Positions 22,965 through 38,100 of a stretch of DNA of 64,000 nucleotides are shown here, one piece after another (within the stretch, counting starts at the first letter, position 1; every line of letters begins with the position of its first letter). Position numbers and translations under genes: made by a program. Under the pieces are notes generated by a model. It was given only the letters and a program-made list of their open reading frames with translations. It did not search any database and was not told the DNA's origin. The DNA is from Marsupella aquatica (taxonomy: Eukaryota; Plantae; Marchantiophyta): NCBI GenBank assembly GCA_973895155.1, contig OZ316898.1:5071079-5135078 (forward strand), written 5' to 3'.

Positions 22965-25033
22965 ATGTTAAGGATTAAGAAGACGAAAAGCGCGCGCGCC
23001 AAGCGTGTACTTGAGAAGCGCGCTCCAAAGCTCGTAAGTGTTGCTCTCGTGTTCTTTTTCTTGCCTCGTTTGGCATTTCTGTGACAATTTTAGTGAACCC
23101 TAAGTGAGAGGAAGTTCACTTTTGCAGCGTCTAATGGTTGGTTTGAGCTGGGTTGAGGTGACCGCTGGCCGGAGAAGAGCTTAAGTTCTGAATTACAGAT
23201 GAAGCGATCGTCCACGGACAATTCACATATTTCCTACAAATAATGTATTTAGAGAAATGGATGGTGGTATGTAGGAGGAAAATGTCAAGAAGGTAATGCT
23301 CCTGAATGGATCAAAAACCAGCAGCGTCATCAGAGGAGTTGTGGCTGACCTGCATCACCTGAAGAAGACTGGGGGCAACTCCATTAAGTTCTCGAGGAAA
23401 AACGAGAATGTGCGTCCTTTTGAAGGCGGAGGCGAGACCTCCCTCGAGTTCCTCTCCCAGAAGACTGACTGCAGCTTATTTGTGGTGAGTATATGTACCA
23501 CCAAGAGGTTCTCTAGCATCGATGAATTGATTCTGGAAGGCTGGACTTTTTTTGTAAGTGGAAGCCTAAATTGTTGCTGTTTATGCACAGTTTGGATCTC
23601 ATTCCAAGAAGCGGCCCAACAACCTGGTTATCGGGAGGATGTTTGACTACCACGTGTATGACATGATTGAGCTTGGCGTAGAGAAGTTCAAGTCAATAGA
23701 CTCACTGGGTGGAGGTAGAAAGTCAGCTCCGCAACTAGGGTCCAAGCCTTGCTTTGTTTTCATTGGCGAAGCCTTTGACACCAAGCCGGAATTCCAGCAT
23801 TTGAGAGATCTACTGCTCGATTTCTTCCGGGGTGAGGTGTGTATTCTCGACCTAGACGTCATCTCCATTTCACAAAATCTTTAATCTGAGGTTAACGTAC
23901 ATGGTGCGCCCTTATCTAGTATCCTCTATACAGTTTAGATTTTCCACCTTCACAGATTTTTGTTGAGAAACGCAAACGGGGAGAAACCTAGGATCATTAG
24001 ATGCTCCTAGGCTCTGCTACTTTTCTGGTGTGATTTGTGTTCTGATCTCACCTGGTTTGTGACAGGTGGTGGAGACCTTGAATGTGGATGGTTTAGATCG
24101 AGTTTTTGTCTGTGCTGCAGCTGGTGAAAAGGTATTTTTTGGAATTATGGTGGTGCACATTTGAACCCATGTCCCTCTCTAATGATTAGGAAGATGGTAA
24201 GCAGGTCTAGTAGTACTGTGTGGAGGCTAACTCTAGAAGCGTATTCTTCAGATATCCATCATTTCCTAAGTCGTCGCTGAAGCTTAGGTATGGGCGTAAG
24301 CTGTTTTCCTCATCTGTCTTGTACAGAATACGCAGAAGATGGAAGTAGTGAAATTGAACCCTTTGTATGGCGATCTGGACTTGGTGCAGGTATTCCTAAG
24401 ACATTGTGGTGTTGAGTATAAGAAGTCTGCTGGTAGTGGGCCACGCATTAATTTAGTGGAGGTTGGGCCTTCACTGGACTTGATTATTCGGAGGCATCGA
24501 GAACCGAGTGACGACTTAAGGAAGGAAGCCACAAAGACTGTGCCCAAGACAACGAAGAAGAAGGTAAAAGGCAGTAACAACTGTGTGGTAGGGGATGACG
24601 AGTCTTCCACAGGTTGGGAGTTAAGAATCTTTTTTTTGCTGCAACTAGTAAGTGTCGGTTTTCTAAAATGCTTAACGTGACTGTATTTCAGGTGAAGAAT
24701 GTCAAGGGCGATTCGTTAGCTGGAAAGGTTGGGAGGATTTACATGCCTAAGCAAGAGGTAAGGCTGTCTACACAATACAGATTGCCCTCCATTTTCCTAT
24801 CACCAGACATCCGTATGTACTTAAGTCGCTGATGCAACAGATCCCTTATTTAACGTGGGGGTGCGGACGTGCAGGTGGGAGGAATGGCTTTGGCCAAGAT
24901 GAAAGGTTTGAAAAGGGAGAGAAGAGATCGTGCTGCTGAACGGTCAGCAGGTCCAGTAAGAGATGTTGCCGACAAACCAGCTAAGAAAGGGAATAGACCA
25001 GCAAAGAAGAAACCTCGAGTCCAAGAAGATTAG
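22965..25033 (+). CDS. RPF2: Ribosome production factor 2 homolog (Brix domain), 7 exons
   Basis: GT-AG exons 22965-23033, 23275-23484, 23591-23836, 24066-24131, 24390-24563, 24692-24757 and 24875-25033. Motifs RPFEGGGETSLEF, FGSHSKKRPNNLVIGRMFD, LVEVGPSLDL, GRIYMPKQE and KMKGLKRER. Confidence 0.95.
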
Positions 25034-26914
25034 GTCCTTCCCTATGTAGACCATTGACATCTATTCTCTGTGGGATTGGCCCACCGGCCTAATATTTGTA
25101 ACAATCCAGAGGTTAAGTAGGCAGTAAGTTAGGTGGAAGGACCGACGGAAGTCACCCTTGTAACACCTTGTTTTGTGTTCGACAAGGTTTTCACCAGCTT
25201 TCTCAGACACCATAGGTTTCTGTGCACCATAATTAGAACATAAAATAGAGCAGTCGTTGCACCTTTTTTCCACTCCGTAGATGAGCGATAATTGCTCTCG
25301 TTCTACCTCTTTATACCCCGTCTGTTATAGGGGTTCTTGATACTTGTCATTCTTAGTTGTACCGCCAGTTCAACCGGATGCAAGCGTGCCTCCACACGTG
25401 AAAGTTTAGTTGCAAGCGACACGATTTTTTGTCAATGTATTGAATATGGGCAAGGGTGCCTTGGGGATTTCCTTTTTTTGGTTTGGAATTTTCAAAAGAT
25501 AAGTCCAGGGCAGTCATGCGGTGTCTAAGCTCGAGGGTGGCTTCTAAATGGAGACCTCAAAAGAATGAAGAAAAAAGTTTCTGGAACCACAGAAGGATAG
25601 GAACCGTGGTAGCTCTGTGTTTGACCCGGTCACTGCCTGAGTTGGATGTAGATTTTGGATGCTTTACAATTCCGACTCTGGAAATTCAAGAAACAAGGTG
25701 ACACACTGACTATTCGAACGAAGACATTAGAATATAGAAAGGGACCACAATTGATACAAAAAGGAACAAATAAGGGACCACATTAGAAGTTTTGGTTCAA
25801 TCTGTAGGGAACTGGCGTTTGGATTCATCCACAGTGATGGATCATTTAAAGTTATCATGATCGCCAATCCCCTGGCCCTGTGCGAAACGTCAATTTCAAA
25901 TTTCAATGTATAAGGCACCTCCATAAATCTATGCTCCAGATTTGCAAGAAGTACAGTAGTGTTTCATGGGAGAAACTTAGACCCGGAACACTAAACATTC
26001 AGCCAAAAGCTTGGCAGGGAGATCGATCCAAACCTTCAAGGTTGGATTGGATTCAAAAGCAGTTGAAATCTAGACTTCCAAAACGCAAGCACCCAAAGAC
26101 CAACATGCTCGACAATATGCTCAGGTAGACCATCAAAACCCTCACGGAACATATTGACATCTTAGTTTTACACAGATAACATATTCCTTTTACATATTGA
26201 CATGTTAGTGTTACTCAGATAGCATATTCCTTGTGTATGAAGGCTCAGATTTTGAAGACTTGGTCCATCAGAATCCTTGAGTTCCAAAAATATGAGTATT
26301 GCCTACAAAGGAAAGTCAATCGGAGTCCTTAGTTAAAATGCTGTGGTCCATTTGAACATCAGGTCAGAATTTTAATAATTTTAGCCTAATAAATTAGGTT
26401 AACTTTAGTTCATTGCGATGACCACCAAATTGTCACAACCCGTATTGTTTGGCTTATAGTGACCATATAGCTTTGGGCATGGGCATGGTCTAGTTTTTAT
26501 GAACCCGGACTGTATAGTACAGTCATCTTGCTCTAAGTGCAAACTCCACAAGTGGAAAACCTGGCTAACTGCAAGGAATCCTGTTCTTCTCTTTTGTAAG
26601 TGAGTTTGCACTTTTTTTACACTATTTGTAACTACAAACAGGCCTCAAACATTTTAGCTAATCAACTTTATAAGTGCAAAACCATGATAAGTGTACATGT
26701 ACACTTATCAATAAGCACACAATCCCATAAAATTGCATTTCCATGCCCTTATCTAGTAGAGTAGAAAATTCACTTATGGAGTAGGACACCAAATTTATGG
26801 CAGCAAAGTACAATTTGGCTTGCAGGGTGTCACAAGCCTTCTCACTGACTGAGGGTGCACTCTTATCAATAAGTGCACAGCTCTATAGGTTTGCACTTAT
26901 CATGTAGTGCAAAC

Positions 26915-27125
26915 ACCCGTGTAGTGCACACGGGATGCTTCTTCCGGGCCATGTGCACTACCCATTTAGTGCACACCAGATGCTCTTCCGGGGGAGTGGG
27001 CACTACCCCTTTAGTGCACACCAGATGCTTCCTTTGGGGAGTGTGCGCTTAGAGTGGGCACTACCAATTTTAGTGCACACCAGATACTTCCTTTTGGGGA
27101 GTGTGCACTTAGAGAGAGTTAACTG
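26915..27125. repeat. Short degenerate tandem array built on tagtgcacaccagatgctt..ggggagtg
   Basis: Three to four copies at ~26922, ~26967, ~27013 and ~27071. Possibly the subterminal region of a MITE. Confidence 0.6.
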
Positions 27126-27735
27126 TCCAGCACAGTAGTCCCTCAGAGTGAGGGAGAAAGCTATTTTGTCGGTTGAGGCTCTCTCCTCCTCTTCCCCCTC
27201 AGCTGCTTCGAATAGCCATGCTGCCACCACCAGGTGGGTTCTCCCCATCCACAGAGCCCATTGCTCCCTCTGCTCTGCTCTACTGATGAGTGTCTGGAGA
27301 GCAATTGAAGCCAACAATTTCAGAATCCAAGAACACCCAAAACGTTGTTTCTTGTTTCATGGTCTGCTTTGCTCTGTGAATGGAGATGGACCCCTTTCCT
27401 GGGCGACGTTTGGGAAATTCTGCGTTATGCTCACCTCACTACTGCCTGTGATGCAGCTCCTGCCCAAGAATTCATTCATGTGATTTTCTGCCCTGTGGAT
27501 CTGATTCTTTCACAGCTCCCCAATATATTGGCGTGCTCGCTCAATTCCGTGTTGCCTCGTTCTTAGCATAGGAGGATCTCTGCTGGACTGGGCTGGGATT
27601 CATGACATCGCTGCCCCTTTCCTTCTCGTCCTTCTTCCTCCTCCTCTTGTCTTGCAGCTGCTTCAATTCAACCCGGTCACGTTGATTCAGACTGGACACT
27701 TCTCTCCTCAACAAGGGTCCCAATCTGGAAACGAA

Positions 27736-30700
27736 ATGCAGTTCCAGCAGAGTGTGTTGCTGGCAGGGACTGCTAGGCCATGGCAGGGCATCAGCAGCTG
27801 TACCTGTTCTCTCGCTCACCTCCGGGTTTTACCACAGCGTCCACGGTCCTCTTCTCTACTCGGTGCTTCACGATTTGGGAGATTTGGGGCGTCAACTGTG
27901 AGGCCTTTCCGCTCTCCGAATAAATTCCAGCCGCAGAAGAGAGCTCGCTCGGTGCTGGGGGTGCGCTCAGCTGCTGCCACAGGAGGAGCAGGGGTGCTTC
28001 CAGCTCAAAACGGCAGCAGCAATTCCAGCGTTGGCAAAGCGGATTTACCTGAGCCGCCCGCCGACGTGGGTCTGAGAACTGTGAGTTAGAACGCAATTCC
28101 CAATCTGGAGTTAACAGCAAACTAAGCTGATCGTGAAAGGAAAAAAAATGAGGCACAGGGATTCTGTGACCACATTTTGGGATACTTTTGGAGGATTGCA
28201 TGTACCAAAAGGGTTTTCTTCAATTGCTTGGATGTTTTAGGGACAATTTTGGGCGCTTGATGGATTTGGAACACTGGGGCATGAAATTAGTTCATTTGTG
28301 GCCGTGAAATTGTTCAAACGTGGGACATGGAATCGGCAACTGTACCAGGGTTGGACTTTTTAGGAATTGTGTTGAGTGTAGTGTGTCCCAGAGCAAGTTG
28401 TGGAGCACTATGTGCGCAACACCTAGCCAATTTGTTGAGTAATGGGACTGTCCACTGCTGTTTGAATATTCGAGCGCATGTGAACGTGCTCGTTGGTGGG
28501 AATTGAGCATGGGAATATTTAAAAAAAACTCTGATTATGAAATTGAACATGCTGTGCATTAATTGCCTCAGAATTGAACATGATCTGTTATATGTAGAGT
28601 GAATTTTCACCCCAACATCTTGGGAATTCCTATGTGCGGCTTCCAAAGCTTGTTCCTAGGATATATATTAATCAATTTCGACACGAAAATGTATTCTTCT
28701 CAAAGGACTAGTAAGGATGTGTTCTTCGCTGTTTGAATTTTGGGTCACTGTCATGCTCAGTATCGCTTTGAAACCAAACCTGGATGCTTACGACTAAAAT
28801 CCAGATTTAGAGATTTGGATACTTAAATGCATATGAAGGTGACGCAGGGCTCCTGGGGTGCCTAGAATTCAGCCTCTCCTCATTTTGGATAAGTGTGTCA
28901 GCCATTGAACTTTGAGATTTAACGTCTGCAATTTTGGATCATAATTTGAACAGGCTTTGCCTTACGTGTGGAATTTGGCCGCGGGGGAGAGCACGTTGAG
29001 CTGGCGTTTGATTGTGGCCCTGGTCTTACTGGTGATCAGCAAGGTAATGTTGTTTTTGAGTCGTCCACATAAATGTTCAGTGAAATGTCTTTGGAGTTAG
29101 GCTATGCGTCTTATACAGAAGTATGGGGTCTGATTATTTTTACGGAGGGCTGTTGCCCCTCCACTGGATAGTAGTCGCTTACTCGTCACAATGAGTAAGG
29201 GAGCTAGAAGACTAATGAAGTTAGGATGAGGAAGGGAGCTGAATGGGTCTTTATATGAGTACCATATTTGTTGGTTTTGTGATCGATTTTTGGCTCCCGG
29301 ATATTAAGATTATTCCAAACTATCTAGCTTCTCGTACAACTTGTAAGCGAATGTCAATTAAAATCGATATGGAGGTGGTATCCCTTACATGTTCCGAGGA
29401 GATAGGACTGAATACGTGATGATTTAGCTAAAATATGAAATACTTTAATAGCCTCTTAATTTTCTGCTAAGTAAGATTGGGTCATGGGATGTGGACTGTT
29501 GTGTTAAAGTCAGATTGGCAATCGCTTGTACCACCATGTCTAGCCAGCTGGTGTACATTTGGCCTGACGAGTAAAGAGGGTTTGGATTTAGAAGGAATTG
29601 GTTAGAACTTCATGGGGAGTGACACCGACTTTTACAGGGTTCTTCCTCTTTTGCGTGTGTTATCGTGACTGGAAATGCTTGTTCTGACTCATTCTGGATG
29701 AAGCAGGCGGCTGGGCTTGCTGGACCAGTTTTCTTCAAGAGAGCTATGGATGCTCTTTCACAGGTCCCAGGAACCGTGTTATCCAAGGAGGCGATGCATG
29801 GAGCTGTTCTTATTCTCGTGCTTGCAGCTATAAGCAAAGTAAGTGGAATCTCACGATGTTTTGGTTCTGGATTTAGAAACAGTTCTCCTGTTTTTGGTGA
29901 TTGTCTAACGCATTCAAGTCAGGTTGATATTTCAAGAGTAAAAGAGCTTGTTGAAAAATTGAAGAATGCCTGTTATATTTTACCATCGTCGAAGCATTCG
30001 TTCTTTCATTGTCTCCGAACTCAACTTCTGGTTTTTTATCCTTTGCTTGGGAATATCTCTTTTAAAACACATGGCTTCCCTGCCGCAATCTATTTTCTTC
30101 AAGAGTTGTCCACATCCCAATGCTAGGGGACAGTGTTTAGCTGTTCAGGTTTTGGGTGTGAATTATGCTCATTCCATTTTGAGGTTTTCGAGTGCATGTA
30201 AGGTGTCTAAAGATATGATTAACACCGACCACTGCTCATGTGCCCATATCGGATGGCAGGCTGTTAGTGCTGGGCTTAATGAGCTTCGGTATCTAGTGTT
30301 TGCCCCACTGGGTCAGTTAACAGGAAGACGAGTAGGTGTGCAATTACTTGATCATATCCTTCGACTGGATCTGGCCTTCCATCTGGAGCGCAAGACTGGT
30401 GCTCTTACCCGCATACTTGACCGAGCCCAGCGAAGCGTAGTAAATATTTTTCGAGCTGTAGGTATGTTTACATTGCGTTCTACCAAGACCCTCGGCTTGC
30501 ACAAAATGTTTATTTTATTTCCACTATTCGAACCTATGCATGTCATTCTCATGTCCTGTTTTCCTCGATCGCTTCTCGTCATGAACTTCTGGTACTTCAA
30601 TATTTTAGATGAGTGAACCGACCAGTCGGAAGATGTTTGTCTCACTTTGAAAGGTTGAACCAAAGAATTATAGTCAACTCAATATTTGCCCAGCTAACTG

Positions 30701-33700
30701 ACACTTTAAATGATGTTTCAGTATTCACGTTTCTACCGACCGCAGTGGAACTGGCATTTGTTTGTGTACTCCTAGCTCAGCAAGTGAGCTCACTGGTGGC
30801 TGGAATCGTCCTTCTTACATTTGGAGCATATGTGGCTTATACAGTAGCAATCACTTCGGCTGCAGCTGCAAGTCGCAAAGAGGTTCTGTTTTATTCTGGA
30901 GCACTGCATATTACCCATAATTTAGCTACTTGCAAATTCTGCTTTCACATTTAATGGTACACAGTGTCTGTAGCCGTTCCTCTGTTCAAGAATGAAGTTG
31001 GATATTCTTTTTCTGGGCTTTTACTACAGGTGAACAAGCTCGAGAATCTCGCAACAGGAAAAGCGGTGGATGCTCTACTCAACTACGAGACTGTGGTCCA
31101 GGTCTCTCTTCTACCTTTGGCTGTTGTACAGTCTGCTGATATGACTTTCTTGCATGGGTCAATGGTCTGAAGATAGTGCTCAAGGATGTCATGGAATCAT
31201 ACTGCATAATTCCTTTGGATCGCTAAGATGTTTTGTACGTATATAATATTGTTTTGGCATGCCTAATGTGTTAGGATATTTGTTTTTGCTTTAGATCTCA
31301 GTTGTTTTGACCGTAGCGAGTCTCAAACATGAACGCTAATGAGGAACATTGCATCCAATGCAGTTCAACAACCAAAAATTGGAAGTGAACCAGTACAATG
31401 AGCTCCTACAGCTGTATCAAAAGACCTCGGTATGTGCAGTTCTTGCTTTAGGAGAATTTTTGTTTTTTCTGTCTAATTTTATTCATTGACATCTTGTTTA
31501 CTTGGGACCAAGCAATTAGAGAAGCGGCTGTCTTTTTCTTGAAACGACGACAATGTAGTTCGACTTGTTCCTGCATAAGTGAACTCAACAAGAGCGTCTA
31601 GGAAATGATCTCGTATTTGCTGAGTGTGACGCATTGCTAAGGAATTCGATATTACGTGGTGAAATACATACAAAATCTAAAACCAAAAAAAGTAGAACTC
31701 AAGAATTTTGAGGGCTACTAGGTATCAAGTCGAAACTCACATTATAAAGTGTAATTGGAGAGTTTCCAGCACCTACGGGTTTCGTCAATTCCCTACTGAT
31801 TGGTGAAAACTGGGAAAAACGCGGCGTTGTGACGGTGAGCAAGCCTGCTAGTTTAGATTGAAATCCGAATCTGAAGCAAAGAAAACAGCTGGATGCAGAG
31901 CGGTTGTCAGCAGCATTGAATGCAGGCCAAGCTTTGATTCTATCTTTCGGTATCGCTGCGGTTATGGCATTTACGGGCTTGAACGTTGCTGAGGGGAGGA
32001 TGACGATAGGGGACCTTGTTCTTGCAAATGGTCTCATTCTGCAGATCTCGGGACCTTTACAGGTACGTAACCCTCTAAGTGGTCCGCATCGGATGTCGTT
32101 TTGAGTTCACACAAGCAACTGAAGTTTCAAACTTCTGATCCTCCTCTGGCCTGACAGTTTCTGGGATATCTTTATCGAGATCTACGACAGTCATTGGTTG
32201 ATCTGGAGTCATTATTCACAATCCTCAGGTAATGAATGAGGCAGTTCTTCCAGTACCACTGGTTGTGCCTGTAAACGTAGTTTGTGTTACTTAAACCCTA
32301 TGTTTCTTTGTTTGTGTACTGATTGGTGGATGAATTTATCCAGCTCATGCCATCTCTATATTCCATGTGACAGTACAAAATCGCAGCTGACAGATGGGAC
32401 GACAGAGCTTGCTTCCTCATCTCAGGGCGTGAAACTGTGGATAAAAAATATACATTTCGGGTATACACCTGCTCGGGAGGTATTGCTTTGCAAAACTTGG
32501 TCAACACATTGCTCATACGACATGTACCTTGGTGCCTATCGAGAGAAATTTCCTTTAATCCACTTCCAAAGCATCAGGAAACGTTAACAGCATGTTGCAA
32601 ACAGTTGTGATTATGAAAGTATGATATCAGCAAATATGATCTGAAGTTGGGTCCTGAATTGATTGGACCCCGGATTGGATTCGGCCCACAGTGGTGCTTC
32701 AACATATAAATGTTGTTGTCGCTAAAGGAAGGTATTTTCCAGAGTGGCACTCTATCAAGAATTACATAATTGAAGCTTGGCATTGTCCAGGTTCTTAAGG
32801 GAGTCTCCTTCTCAGCGAGTCCAGGACAGAGCATCGCAATTGTCGGGACATCTGGATCAGGAAAAAGTACAATTGTGAAGCTTCTGCTACGGCTCTACGA
32901 TCCTGACGTGGGAGTCCTATATGTTGATGGCCATGATTTGCGCTCTCTATCACAGGTTTGTATTGATTTGCTGCTCCCACGAAGGGAATACTTGCTGATT
33001 ATGAATCATTACAATACAATGTGATTCTGAATTTAGTATATCTAGTTGTGAACTGAAATATTGGCTGAGAGTTGTTGATGTGTAGAGAAGTCCCACCGAA
33101 ACTGTAGGTACTTTTTGAACCTGGTCGGCTCTGTTTGAATTGTAAATTTCCCCATTTAGCTGAAAGCGGAGTAGATTCTGCAATTGCTGAGGGGCCCACT
33201 AATGAAGAGAGGAGTTGCTTTGTGATGCAGAAATCTCTTCGTAATACTGTGGCAGTTGTTCCACAAGATACGGTATGCAATCTAAATGAGAAATAAAATC
33301 CACTTAATCCAATATTATGCGTATTTCAAGATTTGAAGGCGTTCTTTACATCAAAGTCCTTACGGGAGTGGTTGGGGCGCAGGTTCTTTTCAATGACACC
33401 ATTTACCACAACATATCGTATGGACGGCCATCTGCCACAGAGGAAGAAGTGATGCAAGCTTCTATGCAGGCTGTGAGTGAGCTCCTATTAATCTTTCCCT
33501 GTCCATCCCAAGCCATAACTCTCCTTGTTATTATCCTGTCTCATGGAAACTACAGGAGACCAGCCCACTTCATCTTGAATACCTTTCCAGGTGGCAAAAA
33601 CGAACTTGTGCTATCAGGATGTTTGTTAAGAGATTATGACTAGGTTTTGGCAGACTTGACCATTTGCATTCACCACGTTATGTTCTGAAAGATGTTTTAA

Positions 33701-35128
33701 GAAAGTTCAATTTTTTTCAATGTAAACTGCAATTTTAATAACTGAATTAACAAAAATTTTTAAAAATGCAGTTTTCAATTAGCCTGGGAGGATCAAGAAG
33801 CCATCAATCTGTACCCAGCTCAGGAGTCATCCGGTGAAAACTATGGTTGGCCATTCATAACGTCCGTTTGGTGGATGTTGTGGATGTGAACAGAGGCTTC
33901 ATGATGCTGTAAAACGCATGCCTGATGGTTATTCTACTGTGGTTGGTGAACGTGGTCTGAAGGTGAGCACTAGGCGTCATCTTACCCTCGAAAGGCATGG
34001 GAATATGTTATAGTCATTTGCTTGATCCTTTTTGGTACCTTTGAACTATCATGTCACCGGTAAACTTCAGGTTTGCTTGACGTAGCAAGGAGGAAGGATT
34101 ATTATTACTCTACTCTGGTTAGGAACGCTTGAAAATTTAGAACATTGGTCAGCAAATTGATTTGTGCCGTATGCTGCCATGTATTACAGCTGAGTGGTGG
34201 AGAAAAGCAGCGAGTTGCGATTGCAAGGGCTTTTCTGAAGGTTTGCTCGATACTGTGATTATCGTTTTGGTTGGCACTAATGTTCGTCAAGAAAAAGAAA
34301 AAAAAACTGATAAAATGATAAATCTCTGCCATTATGTACACTATTGTATGTACTACATTTTGTTTATCGGACGTGCGGAAATTGAACGATTGTGGAATTT
34401 CGTTGCTGCGCAGTCTCCTCGGTTGCTAATCTGTGATGAGGCCACTAGTGCACTTGATTCAGGAACAGAGGTACAAACAGCACCCAGAGAAATTTTCCAC
34501 TTGATCGTTTTGCTTCTTTTTAAGTACTGTTCTAAAGCTGCCTTCGCACATCTCTAAAGTGCTTTTTAAATTGGTCAAGTTAAGAATGTAGCTGGGCGTG
34601 ACACTAACGTTAGAGGATGCAAAGAATTAGCAACGGAAGGGCGTCTAAGTGTTCTTTCAACTGTTGGAAGGGTGACATTGTAAGTATTGAATAGGCTCCC
34701 AGCCAGGTTATTGGGTCAGAAATATCTCTATCAAGACTTAGTCAACTGCATCGGTGGCTGCTGCTAAGACACTTCTCTCTTTCCAGGTAGCCATACTACG
34801 ATCACTGAGGGAGTTGGCCGCAGGTCGCACCTGTGTCTTTATTGCTCATCGGTTGAGTACGATCAAGCACTGTGATCAGATTCTGGTAAGGTCTTGCTAG
34901 TTAGTAAGTCTACTTTCTTATTTGTTTTGTGTTATCCCACGGCTTCAAACATGTCTTTGGAATTGGCTCTTAATTATTTGATTATCATGGTTCGGTCAGG
35001 TGATGGAAGCGGGAAACATCATTGAAGACGGTACCCATTTTGATCTTCTGCAAAAGTCGGGGACATATGCACGAATGTGGGCTTTGCAAGAGTCAGAAGA
35101 AAGTGCCAAAGTACCTGCAATGAACTGA
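27736..35128 (+). CDS. ABC transporter B family half-transporter, ATM/HMT-like, with probable organelle transit peptide (many exons)
   Basis: S/R/A-rich N-terminus. TMD motifs [27 protein letters not shown] and LNAGQALI. Walker [11 protein letters not shown]-loop VVPQD, VGERGLK|[14 protein letters not shown], Walker [14 protein letters not shown] and H-loop IAHRLSTIK. Last exon 35000-35128 ends in TGA. Confidence 0.93.
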
Positions 35129-38100
35129 GGATACACAGTATTCGTTTCGCTGACTCGTTCGAGCTTCAGGGTGAGAGCAATCAGGAGGAGGTCCAATAGG
35201 CCCATCTTCTGGTGGAGAGGAAGACGGTCTGACTGAAGACACTATAGGACAGTAATCTCTTCAATCATTGCAACCTAGAGCCTGGAAGTTTGGCTGGTCA
35301 ATGGGCATTTAGTGTACGTAATTGAGAGTCAACCACTATCCCTGCATTCAAATTATCTTTGATGATAATTTGGTGGCTCTAGGTCTTGAAGTTCCTTGAA
35401 GTCAACTCAATTCAGAAGCCATAATTGTAATATACCCTCATTACATTCACGGTGGTACAATCATTCTATACTGATCAGACTTAGAACTCTTTCCTTCGAG
35501 GCTTCCCTCCTCCTCAGGTCAGAACATCAGGCTATCACAATTGCCCACCTACACCACTGAGACCGTTCAGTTTTTGGTGGAGAGAATTGCACACAAACGG
35601 AGGTAGGCATGACCTTCCTCAACCAGGTCCTCAACAACTCGATCTCCTTTCCCCGGTCCTCCCTTTAGTCGTCCCGTTGGTGCCAAATTATGATTTGATG
35701 CTATTTGGCGTTTGCACCCTTAGTGATTATTGGGGAGTATGGAACCAAACTGAAGACAGTTTTGGAACATGTAAACTAACTTTATAGCGTTTATTGTGAA
35801 TCAAGTGCAAATGGACAAGATGTGCATGCCGATGCACTCTTTTCAAAGAAAATAAGGTCCCCAGTGTGTAGCCTTTCCTATTGTCCTCGCATCTTGATGG
35901 TGCTGTTGTGTGAATGGGTTGGTTGCTCTGAGAATATCATCTGTAATCCGCTCTGAACTCTTTTCCCTAGAATGTGAATGGAAACCGTCTCTGGCGCATG
36001 TAGTCAATCAAAGCACAGTACTGTTGCTGTCTAGCCCTTCTCGCTCGTGTTGCCTGTACAATGATGGTCTATAGGGTGCCTGTTTGCTGGACAACCACCC
36101 ACTCCAATCCTGCTTCCTTTGCGAAGTTCGAAGCATCTAAAATGTACTGTCCAGGTGACTAATTTAAACCCATGCAAGAATGGAGCAAACTATGTTCTTC
36201 TGGACGAGAGAGGCTAGGTTTCTTCCAAACAAAATTATTATTATTATTTATTAATAATAATTAATTTTTTTAAATGTAAATTTGTGAAACCCCAAAGAAA
36301 AGGAATAGTAAATCACAATATTTGAACATTAGACCTATGAGTCTCACCAAATCAAGTCTTTAAAACAGATCTGAGTTTTCTGAGTTGTGTGCTGTATAGT
36401 CAGCTAATATGCGCATGCCATCTCGTGTCTCCAAACAAAGACTCAAAGCTAAACTTGGAATGATCCCAAGCATTGTGACCCCAAGTGCCAACCTTAAATT
36501 TGCAAACATTCAACTGACATTTGGGATTGAGCAACCCCACCTTGCATTGCGTGATGAACTAACATTTTCTACAATGGTTTTAAAAACTTTCTTTCATCTT
36601 ATCGAGCAAACTAGATTACTCAATCTTAGGGACCATGTTTCCAGGTTTTGGCCTTCCTGTCTTTTTGATTGGCACAATTTATATATATAATTCTAGGATC
36701 GATCTCGTTGTGCACAACACGCGCGAGGGTCTCGTTGTGTTTTGTATCTCATTGAGAGGTCATATTGAATGATTATATGGAAGCATTGGATATATATTCA
36801 CACTTCATCCTTCTTGAACTGTATTTCAATGTACCAAAGGTAACGATTCACAATAGTTGGAATGAGGCGTACAATTTTTTTTATAGGCTAGTAAGACGTA
36901 ACTTCTTACTTCTATCCAGCGAAGTGAGAAGTCAGTGGACTAAAAATTTGCCCTCATGCATGCATAGCCTACTACAAATGAAGTGAGAACAAAAGCTTTT
37001 GCAAAAGGCTAGTATCGGAGATTAGCTCAGAAGTTGCTCGGGTACGTAATCTCCCACACTTCACATATGCATTTCAGCTCACCTCTCTGTTTGTCTCCCA
37101 CTCCCGCTCCCGCTCCCACCGCTAGATTAGAATAATTAGCGTGCTCCTATACGTTTCATTGAAGAACGGTTTTTTCAAATCATCGGTCAGTGACGACTCC
37201 TAGAAAGATCACGACAGAAGTACTTGATAAACTAGAAGTCTAGGACCTTGGATCAGTAATCTTTACCTGTTGATATGCCTTGCCTAAGGTACGGTCTGTT
37301 CATATCACGCTTGACGAGTCCTCATACGTATCGATATATAGAGGAGAGACTATTAAGTTCACGTATATACTTGTAGTCCTACGAGTCCTAAGGACATCTG
37401 ATCGAATCAACATCTGAATTGTATTCAGTGCGAAATCGTATCAGACAGCCATTATTGTTTCCTTTCACTGTTCACTATGTATCTCACCTGAGGCCGCTTT
37501 GACGTTGGAGACCAGGCGACGGGTATAATTCCTCAGTGAAATTAGCGCGCGTGGAACTCCGAGGAAATTCATAGGGGCTGCCTTCTACATGCTGGCGGTG
37601 ACTGAATATTAATTTGTGTTGTGAGCTATAGGGGTCGTGGCGGCCGGTGGATATCTCAGAATTATATATACTGATGGGAAGACTTGGATCTCCTAGTCCC
37701 AGAGATGAGATTGTAGCTTTCATTCTTTTATCGACATACTTGAGTTCAGTATATATCGACGACTCTGATCAATTAAGATTAGAAGGCTTTTCTTGCTTCG
37801 TTTTCTTACTCTTTTTCTTCCTCTTTGATACCGCCATACAGTACACTATAGTGAATTGTCTGGGTTTAACGCGCGGTAATACGATCATGTTTGTCATTCT
37901 ATTGGAAGCGGACATCGTTTTACTTGTGGGATATATATCGTTATATTATTGTGCAAGGCTGACGATTGGCCCCAATGTCGATCTGGACCCTGGCTTGAAC
38001 TTCCTCGGCGTTCCATGCTCTTTGCAGCCAGTTCCTTTTGTTTCCTACACTTACAGATTGTCTTCGAAATCCCTCGAAACGTACGTGAAGCTTCCGTCGA